Source: an uncultured Candidatus Saccharibacteria bacterium (GTDB taxonomy: Bacteria > Patescibacteriota > Minisyncoccia > Phycocordibacterales > JACOZG01). Taken from it: DNA of 64,000 nucleotides. The translations under genes and the position numbers were made by a program. Shown here piece by piece: positions 9,351-18,379 of this stretch; positions within the stretch are counted from its first letter, which is position 1, and each line of letters opens with the position of its first letter. The DNA lies in the NCBI GenBank assembly GCA_965230925.1, contig OZ246403.1, positions 394,455 through 458,454 on the forward strand. The letters are read 5' to 3'. Under the pieces are notes generated by a model, which saw nothing but the letters and a program-made list of their open reading frames with translations, did not search any database and was not told where the DNA came from.

Positions 9351-9935
9351 TTATTCTTTGAAGCTCTTGAGAATTAAATTGAGGTTCGTGTGCCAAATAG
9401 TCTCGGTCGCCTTCTTGTCATCCACGGCACTCACGCTCCCCCCAAGCGCAAAAGAGGCTTCAGTAAACTCAAATCGGTAAGGTAAATTCTCGAGCAAGTG
9501 GAGAAAGCGGAAAATATTGACGAAGGTGCCGCTCGCCGCGAGAGAAAGCTGAAGCGCCGGCTGATCATTAATAGTTGTTGCTGATGTTCCATTAATCGCC
9601 GAGACCACCTTAGCCTCGCGACCCACCGCCTCCAGCTGCTTAATGAAGTCAGCGAGGGCCACAGGATTATTACCGTCTATGAAGTAGGCGGCCATCTTGG
9701 CTCGACCGGGTGCCGTTTGTTCGGAAGAACGTTTCAAAAGTTCGAAATTCTCTTTCTTTTTCTCAATCGTGATGAGCTCAGTAGACAGAGCGATAACCTC
9801 CCGGGCTTCGCGAGCGAGGAAAAATAGCGCTCCGGCGAGCAATATTAGCCCCACCGCGGCTGACCCCACCACGAGAATTAAGCTCAAGGATCCCGATCTC
9901 ATTTGTTTATTAACTTCCGGCATAGTTGAGTTCAA
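9351..9935 (-). CDS. pilO: Type IV pilus assembly protein PilO-like (bitopic)
   Basis: N-terminal TM, coiled-coil, C-terminal alpha/beta domain; gene order pilM-pilN-this gene. Confidence 0.5.
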   Translation of the reverse strand: MNSTMPEVNKQMRSGSLSLILVVGSAAVGLILLAGALFFLAREAREVIALSTELITIEKKKENFELLKRSSEQTAPGRAKMAAYFIDGNNPVALADFIKQLEAVGREAKVVSAINGTSATTINDQPALQLSLAASGTFVNIFRFLHLLENLPYRFEFTEASFALGGSVSAVDDKKATETIWHTNLNLILKSFKE

Positions 9936-10458
9936 TCGCGAGCGAGAAATTAATCGACCGTTCTTTAATGAGCGTTGATACTGGGTAACTCACCTTCTCA
10001 ATTCCGGGCGACGCTTCAAGCGCTTGGATAAAACCAAGAAATTGATCCCGGGTCCCAGCCGAGCCACCAAGAACCATGGCCCCCTTCCCTGCCTCAGTGC
10101 GTCTCACGGTAATCTGACCTAAACGAACACCGGCAGTCCTGGTGGTAACAACTTGCTCGAGAATGGCGCTGAAACGCTTGGTCTCGCCAGGCTCGACCAG
10201 AATCTTCACCTCTCGACTGGCTTCATCAAGTATAAGTTTGAGCTCGTCGAAGCGCTTGGTCTCCTCGCCTACCGAGGCCGTGGCCAAACTCTCTTCCAAA
10301 CTCTTACTCTTCGAGAGAAGGAGAATATAAAAAGAAACACTAATCGCGAGAGCAACAGCAACAACGCCGAGCAAGAGCGCACCAACCACCACCACCTGCC
10401 GCCGATGATACTCGTGGGCAAGCGCCTTTTTCTCTGCGAGTGAAAGAAGATTAATCAT
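9910..10458 (-). CDS. pilN: Type IV pilus assembly protein PilN-like
   Basis: Short cytoplasmic N-terminus, TM helix, coiled-coil; overlaps the pilM stop. Confidence 0.55.
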   Translation of the reverse strand: MINLLSLAEKKALAHEYHRRQVVVVGALLLGVVAVALAISVSFYILLLSKSKSLEESLATASVGEETKRFDELKLILDEASREVKILVEPGETKRFSAILEQVVTTRTAGVRLGQITVRRTEAGKGAMVLGGSAGTRDQFLGFIQALEASPGIEKVSYPVSTLIKERSINFSLAIELNYAGS

Positions 10459-11543
10459 GATGGTAAAACCCGCCTGAGGGCGAGCCCAATCGCCGTAGTA
10501 TAACGCAAAGACTGGTTAAGGTTGATCGGCGGGATTACGTCGTCGAAAGAAAATAAATTCACCCAAGTATTAGCAAGCACCACCGGCACCCCGAGACTAA
10601 TGTTGAGATAATCAACAAGACCCGGCAAAGTAGCCTGGCCACCACAGAGAATAATTTTCTTCACCTCCACCTTGCCAACTCCCTGCTGATGATTGAGCCA
10701 ATAATCAAGCTGCTTGGTAATCTCGTCGCGAATGGCCGACACGAGCGGCACGAGGGCAAAAAAGGCTTCTTTCTCCGTGCCACCCGGCGCGAGACCACGC
10801 TCGATCTTGAGCTTCTCGGCCGCTTCATAACTCACCGCCAGCGTTTTCTGAATTGCTTTGGTTAAATCTTCGCCGCCAATATTATTGATCGTCGCGGTGA
10901 GAATAACTTGCGTGCCGCGAACGATGAAGAAACTGATGCGAGTTTTCCCAAAGTCAACGATAAGCGAGACTTCCGTCTGCTGATGCGGCACAAGAGCTCG
11001 AGCAATAGCTTGCGCCTCGATCTCGAGGGCAAGGGTGCGGAAACCAGCCGCGGCAAAAGCCTCGCTGTACATGGAGACGATGCGCTTCGGTAGTGCGGTA
11101 ACCACAAGGCTGAAGCTCGAATCAAGCGCCGTGGGCTCACTTAAAATCTCGTAATCAAAAACGGCGTCAGTGGCTGGAATAGGAATATGTTCCTCCAACT
11201 GAAGTTCAATACTACTGCGAATCTCCCCGCGCTTCATGAGGGGCAAACGCAAAGGCACAATATAGGCCGCTTCTTCTGGAAGCGAGGCTACAATATTCTT
11301 CACCCCATCGCGCTCACGGAGCACCTTAAGCGCCCCAACAAGCGCCTCGGTGTTCTCAATCTCGCCAGAGCGCACCGCGCCAAACGGAATGTCGGTCTCG
11401 CCAAATCGGCGCAAACCGAGGTGACCATGCTTACTCTCGAGTTCGACAAACTTCACCGACTGGTCAGACACATCCACACCAGCCGCCGGCATCGCAAGAT
11501 ACTCCGGCGGTGGGAAAAATTTTAATAGCGAAAAGCGGCTCAT
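10455..11543 (-). CDS. pilM: Type IV pilus assembly protein PilM (actin-like ATPase fold)
   Basis: 362 aa with FtsA/PilM-like architecture (two actin-like subdomains); start of the pilMNO operon. Confidence 0.7.
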   Translation of the reverse strand: MSRFSLLKFFPPPEYLAMPAAGVDVSDQSVKFVELESKHGHLGLRRFGETDIPFGAVRSGEIENTEALVGALKVLRERDGVKNIVASLPEEAAYIVPLRLPLMKRGEIRSSIELQLEEHIPIPATDAVFDYEILSEPTALDSSFSLVVTALPKRIVSMYSEAFAAAGFRTLALEIEAQAIARALVPHQQTEVSLIVDFGKTRISFFIVRGTQVILTATINNIGGEDLTKAIQKTLAVSYEAAEKLKIERGLAPGGTEKEAFFALVPLVSAIRDEITKQLDYWLNHQQGVGKVEVKKIILCGGQATLPGLVDYLNISLGVPVVLANTWVNLFSFDDVIPPINLNQSLRYTTAIGLALRRVLPS

Positions 11544-11560
11544 GCCGCGTTTATTATAAC

Positions 11561-11947
11561 TTATTTTGAATTTTGGCGGTCTAGATAACTCTGGAGAATT
11601 AAAGCCGCGGCCCGCGCATCGGTCTCCTCATCCTTCTCTACCACCCGATTCGCTTCAGCGCTCGAGAAAATTTCACTCACCAACTCAACCGGCAAACCAA
11701 GCTCTTGCTCTAACTTACTTTTAAATTTCTTGGCTTCTGCCGTAATCTCATTCACCTCGCCCTTATACCCGCGCGTATCACCCATCACTATTTTCCCCAC
11801 CTTCTCTTTTTCACCCAACTCTTTTATTTTCCCTAATAAATGTCCATCATTGGCCCACACCGCATACGGAAAAGCCACCTTCCCCGTTTCATCAGACAAG
11901 GCAATCCCCACTCGCTTTGACCCATAATCGAGACCAAGAATTCGCAT
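11561..11947 (-). CDS. ruvX: Putative pre-16S rRNA nuclease / Holliday junction resolvase-like YqgF
   Basis: MRILGLDYGSKRVGIALSD matches the YqgF/RuvX N-terminal motif. Confidence 0.85.
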   Translation of the reverse strand: MRILGLDYGSKRVGIALSDETGKVAFPYAVWANDGHLLGKIKELGEKEKVGKIVMGDTRGYKGEVNEITAEAKKFKSKLEQELGLPVELVSEIFSSAEANRVVEKDEETDARAAALILQSYLDRQNSK

Positions 11948-11990
11948 CCGTTAAGCATAACAAATCATTTGCTTGTGGTATACTGGTCGG

Positions 11991-12497
11991 GTGCCTGAGC
12001 TATATAAAAGGAGACCGAACGTTATCTGTTCCATCTGCCAAAAGTCCGTTTACCGTAGACCTTCGCAGCTGAAAGAAACTGATGGGAGAGCTTTTTGTAG
12101 CACAATTTGCTATGGTATTTATTGCCGCAAAGAGAAGCCCTGTATCGTATGTGGCGCCCCCATCTTATCGAGCTTGCACCGGAAAACTTGTTCGAGAAGT
12201 TGTGCCAATACTCACCGAGCAGGAATCAAATACAAAATCGGTAGTCCGAAGGATAAAGTAAAAAATAGCCGGGCGTTAAAAATCAGGCTACTGGAAGCCA
12301 GAGGAAAAAATTGCGAACGTTGTGGTTATGACAAATCTGAGATTCTGCAAGTTCATCACAAAGACCGAAACACCGATAATAATAAACTTGGGAATCTTGA
12401 ATTAATTTGTCCCAATTGCCACTGCGAGGAACACTACTTAGAAAAAAGTTGGCAAAATAATGGAGGGTTGCGCCGAATGGTAAGGCACCAGTCTTGA
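11991..12497 (+). CDS. HNH endonuclease with N-terminal Cys-rich zinc-ribbon region
   Basis: HNH core CERCGY..LQVHHKDRN...NLELICPNCH plus several CxxC pairs. The 3' end reads through the first ~36 nt of tRNA-Ser. GTG start at 11991, after an extended -10 TGgTATACT. Confidence 0.7.
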   Translation: MPELYKRRPNVICSICQKSVYRRPSQLKETDGRAFCSTICYGIYCRKEKPCIVCGAPILSSLHRKTCSRSCANTHRAGIKYKIGSPKDKVKNSRALKIRLLEARGKNCERCGYDKSEILQVHHKDRNTDNNKLGNLELICPNCHCEEHYLEKSWQNNGGLRRMVRHQS

Positions 12498-12546
12498 AAA
12501 CTGGGGCCCCGCAAGGGGCTTAGAGGTTCGAGTCCTCTACCCTCCG
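12462..12546 (+). tRNA. tRNA-Ser (anticodon TGA), long variable arm
   Basis: Acceptor GGAGGGT/ACCCTCC, anticodon stem CCAGT/ACTGG with loop CTTGAAA, variable arm GGCCCCGCAAGGGGC, T-loop GGTTCGAGTCC. Confidence 0.8.
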
Positions 12547-12579
12547 CCGAGTTATTATTTAACAGTCAAAAATAAATTT

Positions 12580-13104
12580 ATGAGCCAAGAAGAAAAAGTA
12601 GACGTGATAGACGAAAACGAAAACTTAATTAAAGTCGTTTCTAAATCAGAGGCGCACGCCAAAGGACTTCTTCATAAAACAGTGCTGGGTCAAATCGTAA
12701 ACTCTAAAGGAGAGTGGTTGCTAGTAAAACAATCTAGTACCAGACAAGATGCCGGACAATATGTCTCCCCCGTTGGCGGTCATATAACGAGCGGAGAGAC
12801 AAACGAAGAAGCTTTAAAAAGAGAAGTGGGTGAGGAAGTCGGGTTCACTGGTGATTTCAAATATGAATTGGTTGGCAAAAAGATCTTTGATCGTCATGTA
12901 ATAGGGAGGCACGAGAACCACTTTTTTATTGCGTATAAGATATACTCTGACAAAGAACCGATAATTAATGATGAATCGGACAGCTATAAATACTTTACCG
13001 AGGATGAAATTAAGAAGGAACTGAAAGATAATCCAAACCTATTCGGTGATGCTTTCCATTTTGTGGTTAAATCATTTTTCCCGTATTTATCAATAATAAA
13101 ATAA
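12580..13104 (+). CDS. NUDIX hydrolase
   Basis: Nudix box GGHITSGETNEEALKREVGEEVG. Confidence 0.8.
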   Translation: MSQEEKVDVIDENENLIKVVSKSEAHAKGLLHKTVLGQIVNSKGEWLLVKQSSTRQDAGQYVSPVGGHITSGETNEEALKREVGEEVGFTGDFKYELVGKKIFDRHVIGRHENHFFIAYKIYSDKEPIINDESDSYKYFTEDEIKKELKDNPNLFGDAFHFVVKSFFPYLSIIK

Positions 13105-13111
13105 TAAATTT

Positions 13112-13510
13112 ATGAATCGAGTTGTGCATTTTGAAATTCAGGCGGAAGATTTGGAACGCGCGGCGAAATTTTATCGCGAAGTGTTTGGCTGGGAAATTAA
13201 GAAGTGGGAAGGCGGGAGCATGGATTATTGGATGATCATGACGGCGCCGAAGGATTCCAAAGAACCCGGCATTAACGGTGGCCTCTTGCGCCGACCCTGC
13301 CCCGCACCCAAACCAGAACAAGGCACCAATGCCTATGTGTGCACCATGCAAGTTGAGAACTATGACGCGGTGGCAGAAAAAATTCTCGCTTCTGGTGGCG
13401 TAGTCGCCATGCCCAAATTTGCGATCCCCGGCATGGCCTGGCAAGGCTACTTCCTCGACACTGAAGGTAATACATTTGGGCTTCATCAAGCGGATACGAA
13501 GGCGGCGTGA
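13112..13510 (+). CDS. Glyoxalase/bleomycin-resistance/dioxygenase (VOC) family protein
   Basis: N-terminal VVHFEIQAEDLERAAKFY...FGWE, typical VOC betaalphabetabetabeta module. Confidence 0.7.
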   Translation: MNRVVHFEIQAEDLERAAKFYREVFGWEIKKWEGGSMDYWMIMTAPKDSKEPGINGGLLRRPCPAPKPEQGTNAYVCTMQVENYDAVAEKILASGGVVAMPKFAIPGMAWQGYFLDTEGNTFGLHQADTKAA

Positions 13511-13812
13511 TAAAAACAAATTACCAATTTAAATCTAAAGTTTGGCTTTATCCTGGCATGGCGGGATGGCACTTTTTGACCTTACCAAAAAAAGAATCGG
13601 CAAAAATTAAAAAAGATTTTGCGGCAATTAAGAAGGGTTGGGGTTCGCTCCCCATCATCGCCACTATCGGCCAGACCAAGTGGCAAACCTCCATCTTCCC
13701 CGACCGCCGCGCCGAGGCCTATCTCCTCCCCCTCAAGGCCACGGTGCGCAAAAAAGAACACATCCTTGCCGACGACACCATCAAGTTTTCGATCAAAATT
13801 TTAGTAAAATAA
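13507..13812 (+). CDS. DUF1905-family small protein
   Basis: ~100 aa with W..F.LP......K and TIGQTKWQTSIFP pattern, matching my recollection of DUF1905. Confidence 0.45.
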   Translation: MIKTNYQFKSKVWLYPGMAGWHFLTLPKKESAKIKKDFAAIKKGWGSLPIIATIGQTKWQTSIFPDRRAEAYLLPLKATVRKKEHILADDTIKFSIKILVK

Positions 13813-13888
13813 TTAAACCAAAAACAATGTTGACGGCTTTAGTTTTGACTTATCTTTGTGATCACTCATCACATTCCTAAGGTTATAC

Positions 13889-13916
13889 TTGACAAAAAAA
13901 CAATAAACAGTATTGT
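13889..13916 (+). promoter_or_regulatory. Candidate sigma70-type promoter for the EamA transporter gene
   Basis: TTGACA (13889-13894), 16-nt spacer, TATTGT; RBS-like GGAGAAAGGA before the ATG at 13972. Confidence 0.3.
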
Positions 13917-13971
13917 GTATTAAGTTCTTTGTATAAAACATAAACCTTTTCCGGAGAAAGGACGGTAAGGG

Positions 13972-14832
13972 ATGCTCGTTGAAAAGAGGAAGAATGTTTT
14001 GGTTGGTATTTTAGGCGTTGTGGGCATCTGGATAACTGCGGGGATCGCGTTGCCGTTTGTGAACAAACTCAGCATGTTCACACCGGCACAACTCATGGTG
14101 TTTCGCGGATTGCTGACTGCCACCATGGCACTCATCGGACTTCGTGGACACATCGGGCGCGTGGACAAGTACACGTATCTCATCGCACTGACTTTGCCAT
14201 TTGCCACCCTCGGGTTGTTCGAGGGTATCAGGCACTGGGGCGCCGGGCCCACCATTATCATCATTACCGCGACCCCGCTAGTGAATCTCATCATCGGCAC
14301 TTTCTTGGGCCGACCGGTTTCGGGAGCTTCGATCATCGGGCTTGTTCTGGTGCTCGGTGGTGTGGTAGTGGCACGGTGGGGCGGAAACTTTCAATGGGTT
14401 GGGTTCGCGTGGACGTTGTTTGGCACAATTATGAATGGCGTTCTCTATGAGTTGTTCGCTCGCGCGAAGGCAACATCGCTCCAAAAGTGTTTCTACGCCT
14501 GTACTGGCATGGGAATACTAGGCTTCGTACTAAGCGTAAGCGCTGGCGCATCTTGGTCGGCCATCGCCGAACCGAAACTACTTCTCCTTGTTCTCGGGTT
14601 CGCGCTTGTTGGAGGGTTACTCTATTGGATTGCTAATCTGCTGGCATTCGAGAATCTCCCCACAACAGAAGCGAGTGTTCTTGCCCAAGGAGAAACTCCT
14701 GCGGTGATCATCGGCGCGAACCTTCTGCTCGGTGAAAACCTTACTCTCATTCAGTGGGTCGGAGTAGTAGTTGCGCTCGTTGGAGCTGGTTATCTCTCCT
14801 ACCGGATCGCCCAAAAGCCAAACCCAACCTGA
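13972..14832 (+). CDS. EamA/DMT-family permease (10 TM)
   Basis: Duplicated 4-5 TM halves; hydrophobic throughout. Confidence 0.65.
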   Translation: MLVEKRKNVLVGILGVVGIWITAGIALPFVNKLSMFTPAQLMVFRGLLTATMALIGLRGHIGRVDKYTYLIALTLPFATLGLFEGIRHWGAGPTIIIITATPLVNLIIGTFLGRPVSGASIIGLVLVLGGVVVARWGGNFQWVGFAWTLFGTIMNGVLYELFARAKATSLQKCFYACTGMGILGFVLSVSAGASWSAIAEPKLLLLVLGFALVGGLLYWIANLLAFENLPTTEASVLAQGETPAVIIGANLLLGENLTLIQWVGVVVALVGAGYLSYRIAQKPNPT

Positions 14833-14899
14833 AAGGAAAAACGGAACAATAACAAAATCACAGGCTCGCGAATGGAAACTTCGCGAGCTTTTCTCTTTT

Positions 14900-15484
14900 T
14901 CAAAATTCCGGGGCAAACAATTTCCTCAGCACTTCTTTCTTCTCGGGGAAAATTTTGGCTTCGAGAAGTTTGGTAACCACTTCACGTTCGGAGAATCTCG
15001 GATCGAGCGCGAGGTCAATGAGCTCATCAAGGGTGACAGGTTTTAAAGTAATTTTCTCGCCGCCGTCGAGCGACGGCTCGGCCACCTTCTTTAAACCCTT
15101 GGCGACAAAGATATAAATTACCCAATCAATTTTACTCGTCGGATGCGTTGCTTCCCAGAGTTCGAAGTGCTCGGCCTGGTAACCTGTTTCTTCGAAAAGT
15201 TCCCGCTTCGCGGCAGCAAGCGGTTCTTCTCCTTCATCAATTCTTCCGCCGACGGCAGAAATAAATAGTTCTTTCCCGGGCTGTTCTTGCTCGGCCAAAA
15301 TAATTTTCCCATCGGGTAAAACCGGAAAAACAACTGCTGTATCCGGCCGTTTTAATTTCTCAAATATTACTTTCCGCCCATTATAAAGTTCTTGCTCCCA
15401 TTGATAAACGTCAAACATCACACCCGTAAAAACCTTCTTGGCATGTGGCGGGATTGGTTGTTTAGAAATGGGGCGCTTAATCAT
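14900..15484 (-). CDS. NUDIX hydrolase (ADP-ribose pyrophosphatase-like)
   Basis: Nudix box GGRIDEGEEPLAAAKRELFEETG. Confidence 0.8.
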   Translation of the reverse strand: MIKRPISKQPIPPHAKKVFTGVMFDVYQWEQELYNGRKVIFEKLKRPDTAVVFPVLPDGKIILAEQEQPGKELFISAVGGRIDEGEEPLAAAKRELFEETGYQAEHFELWEATHPTSKIDWVIYIFVAKGLKKVAEPSLDGGEKITLKPVTLDELIDLALDPRFSEREVVTKLLEAKIFPEKKEVLRKLFAPEF

Positions 15485-16528
15485 CTAGCTACCGGCCGGT
15501 TCAACGATCGTTGCCGGTAATTCCACTGGCTCAGCGGGGCCAAAAATTTCTTCAAGGAGTTGTTCGGCGTTTACAAACGAGGTGGGCGGCGTAATATCCA
15601 CGGGTTTATTGTAATCAGAGAATGACCAATTGATTCTATAATTCCCACCAATCACGGCACCGCCGGGCACCGGTTGATTCTTCAAGTTCCCCAAAAGGCG
15701 TAAGCGGTACGGAAGATTATCTTTCTGCCCAATCCAAATTTCTCCAGTGGGCAAACTCATGGTATCGAGCATGGCGCGCACCTGATCGGCTTCACTCGCC
15801 GGCAAAGGCTGAGCGGCATCAAGGCCAGAAATCGCGGCGATCACCACTTCTTTCAAGCGGTCGCGATCTACGGCTACATTATAATGATAAGCTTTGAGAC
15901 CCTCGATCTTTTCCATTGGCAAGGTTTCGGTAACGGAGAGAAGGGAGAAAAGTTCTGCCGACGATTTCCACGGCTTCACTCCCCAGCCACTTGGATCAAT
16001 CTTCAACCAACGACCGCGGAAGGCCCGGGTATCAAAGAGCGGAATCTCCGGCACTTCATTGAGGTAAAGATAAATCTGATCATTCACGAGACGAAAATCG
16101 AGTTTGAGATTAAGGCGAGTGGGAATTACACCAGTTTCCGGGAGGCCATAAGCACTCAATTCTAAATTCTGATTCCACTTTGGAGCAGCTACATCGGCCC
16201 GATCCACTTCTCCGCTCGCCTGGAGACTAATCACCCCCGCCTCAGCCATACCACCCTCACTCTCGCGGTTGAAACTTAAACTAAAGTCAGTAGAAGTGTG
16301 ACTCGATTTAATCCCGGCACGAGTCGCGAGCATATTTGCCCACACTTTCTCTGGTGGATGGAAAATAGTTTCGAAGTAAGTGAAGTAGGCGTACGTTCCA
16401 CCAGCGCCAAGGAGAAGCAAGAGAACAAGAATAATAAACCACCAGGGACGATTTTTTGTCTCCACCACTTCTTCATGATGGCGCGGCATCGCCATCAATT
16501 GCTTCATCGGATCAAAAGGCTCGGGCAT
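15485..16528 (-). CDS. Membrane-anchored hypothetical protein
   Basis: Likely ATG at 16528 (MPEPFDPMKQLM...), one TM (WWFIILVLLLLLGAGG), large extracytoplasmic domain; no known motif. Confidence 0.45.
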   Translation of the reverse strand: MPEPFDPMKQLMAMPRHHEEVVETKNRPWWFIILVLLLLLGAGGTYAYFTYFETIFHPPEKVWANMLATRAGIKSSHTSTDFSLSFNRESEGGMAEAGVISLQASGEVDRADVAAPKWNQNLELSAYGLPETGVIPTRLNLKLDFRLVNDQIYLYLNEVPEIPLFDTRAFRGRWLKIDPSGWGVKPWKSSAELFSLLSVTETLPMEKIEGLKAYHYNVAVDRDRLKEVVIAAISGLDAAQPLPASEADQVRAMLDTMSLPTGEIWIGQKDNLPYRLRLLGNLKNQPVPGGAVIGGNYRINWSFSDYNKPVDITPPTSFVNAEQLLEEIFGPAEPVELPATIVEPAGS

Positions 16529-16565
16529 AACTATTTTATTGTATACTATGAGACAAAAGGAGCCA

Positions 16566-17030
16566 ATGGAAAATGAAACTCTAATGAGCTGGCAAGTGGT
16601 TACCCCGGAACCAAAACCCGGGAATGACTGGCGGCTCGCTATTAGTCTTGGGGGCTTGGGGTTAACCTTGCTTGCCTTGGGGTTAAAAAATTTTCTTTTT
16701 GCCTTAATTATTATTATTGGCACCGCCACCTTACTTGTAGCCCGCCGTCATCGCAATCCTCACACCACCTATAGTATAGGTAGCCGCGGCCTGGTGATTG
16801 GTCGACAGCTCTATCCTTACGACAGTCTAGAATCATTTTGGATTCACGACACCGAGCTTGGTCGACGACTCAGTATTAAGTCTGACAAGGTCTTTGTCCC
16901 CTATCTCATCTTACCGCTTCTGCCAGATCATGACTTAGAAGAAGTTCGTGATTTACTGCTTGCCTTTCTCGAGGAAGATAGGCATGATGAATCTCTGGTC
17001 GAGGCCGTCACCGAGTTTCTGGTATCGTAA
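16566..17030 (+). CDS. Small membrane protein, hypothetical
   Basis: AAGGAG RBS 4 nt before the ATG at 16566 (MENETLMSW...); two TM helices. Confidence 0.4.
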   Translation: MENETLMSWQVVTPEPKPGNDWRLAISLGGLGLTLLALGLKNFLFALIIIIGTATLLVARRHRNPHTTYSIGSRGLVIGRQLYPYDSLESFWIHDTELGRRLSIKSDKVFVPYLILPLLPDHDLEEVRDLLLAFLEEDRHDESLVEAVTEFLVS

Positions 17031-17047
17031 GTATCCGTAGCCCAAAG

Positions 17048-17119
17048 GCTCCCGTAGTTCAACGGATAGAACGCAAGATTGCGGATCTTGTAATCGAGGT
17101 TCGATTCCTCGCGGGAGCA
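17048..17119 (+). tRNA. tRNA-Arg (anticodon GCG as read; check against ACG/CCG)
   Basis: Acceptor GCTCCCG/CGGGAGC, D-arm GTTC/GAAC, anticodon stem CAAGA/TCTTG with loop TTGCGGA, T-arm CGAGG-TTCGATT-CCTCG. Confidence 0.7.
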
Positions 17120-17123
17120 CCTT

Positions 17124-18353
17124 TTGCCAAATAAAAAGTCATTGTTTCTCTGGTCCCTCTACGACTTTGCCAACTCGATCGTCTTGATGGCTTTCCTTTT
17201 CTACTTTTCCCAATGGCTCGCAGTAGATCAAGGGAAACCCGCCTGGTGGTACAACGCCGCCCTAATCATTTCTTCAGCTCTCACCGTCTTCACTGCGCCG
17301 TTTGTCAGTAAGAAGATTGATGCGACAGGAAAAAAGATCGGCGGCTTACGCTTCTGGACCGTTCTCACTTTGGTGGGCTACGTTACGGTGGCACTACTTG
17401 CCATGCTCACAGATGGCTTCGAGCTTCTTGCCACTATTTTATACACCTTGGCAACTTACGCCTATCTCGTATCGTTTCTCTACTTCACCCCAATGCTCAA
17501 CGATCTCTCGACACAAGAAAATCGTTCGTGGCGTTCCGGCATCGGTCAGGGTGCCAATGCGACTGGTCAAGTGGTTGGAATTCTTATTGCCTTACCGTTT
17601 GCAAATGGGCTCACCCTCTTCGGCGATCCTGGCCGAGCCCAAGCACTACTCCCAGCCACAATTATTTTCGGCCTACTTGCACTCCCAATGTTACTTTGGT
17701 ATCGGGATAAACCTCAAACGAAAAACCTTTCCGTCCAGTCACAAGCCAAGCTAAATATTTTCACCCTACTGAAAGAAGTCTTTTCTCACAAAACACTGGC
17801 CCTGATTTTATTATCTTATTTTTTGTTCAGCGATGCCCTCCTTACCTTTGCCAATAATTTTCCCCTTTATTTAGAAACGGTGCACCACGCCAGCGACACA
17901 ACAAAGTCTCTCCTCACCGCGAGCATCTTAATTCTTGGCGCTCTTGGCTCTTTGATCTTTGGAAAAATTGCCGACAAAAAGGGTCGTCTCCCCACCCTCA
18001 CGGCAATTCTTGGCATCTGGGTGATTCTTTTCTTCGCAATGGCATTGATCATTGAGTTTAAAATCTTGATCCCAATTTTTCTCTTTGCGGGAATTATGTT
18101 TGGCCCGGTGTGGAGCATTAGTCGCGCCCTGGTTGGCGACCTAGCACCACCACACCTTGTCGCTTCTTCCTACAGTTATTACGTCGTCGCAGAACGATTT
18201 GCCACCTTCACGGGACCACTCCTGTGGAGCTTTGCTCTCATTACTCAAGGTGAGGATGCTCGCGGTTATCAAGTCGCACTCCTCTTTATGATGGGTCTTG
18301 TAGTAATCAGTTTGTTTACTTTAAGATCCGCCGCGCAGGCACAAAAAATCTAA
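17124..18353 (+). CDS. MFS-family transporter
   Basis: ~12 predicted TM helices in two 6-TM halves. Confidence 0.6.
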   Translation: MPNKKSLFLWSLYDFANSIVLMAFLFYFSQWLAVDQGKPAWWYNAALIISSALTVFTAPFVSKKIDATGKKIGGLRFWTVLTLVGYVTVALLAMLTDGFELLATILYTLATYAYLVSFLYFTPMLNDLSTQENRSWRSGIGQGANATGQVVGILIALPFANGLTLFGDPGRAQALLPATIIFGLLALPMLLWYRDKPQTKNLSVQSQAKLNIFTLLKEVFSHKTLALILLSYFLFSDALLTFANNFPLYLETVHHASDTTKSLLTASILILGALGSLIFGKIADKKGRLPTLTAILGIWVILFFAMALIIEFKILIPIFLFAGIMFGPVWSISRALVGDLAPPHLVASSYSYYVVAERFATFTGPLLWSFALITQGEDARGYQVALLFMMGLVVISLFTLRSAAQAQKI

Positions 18354-18379
18354 ACCAGTCTTTTTGCTATACTGATAAG

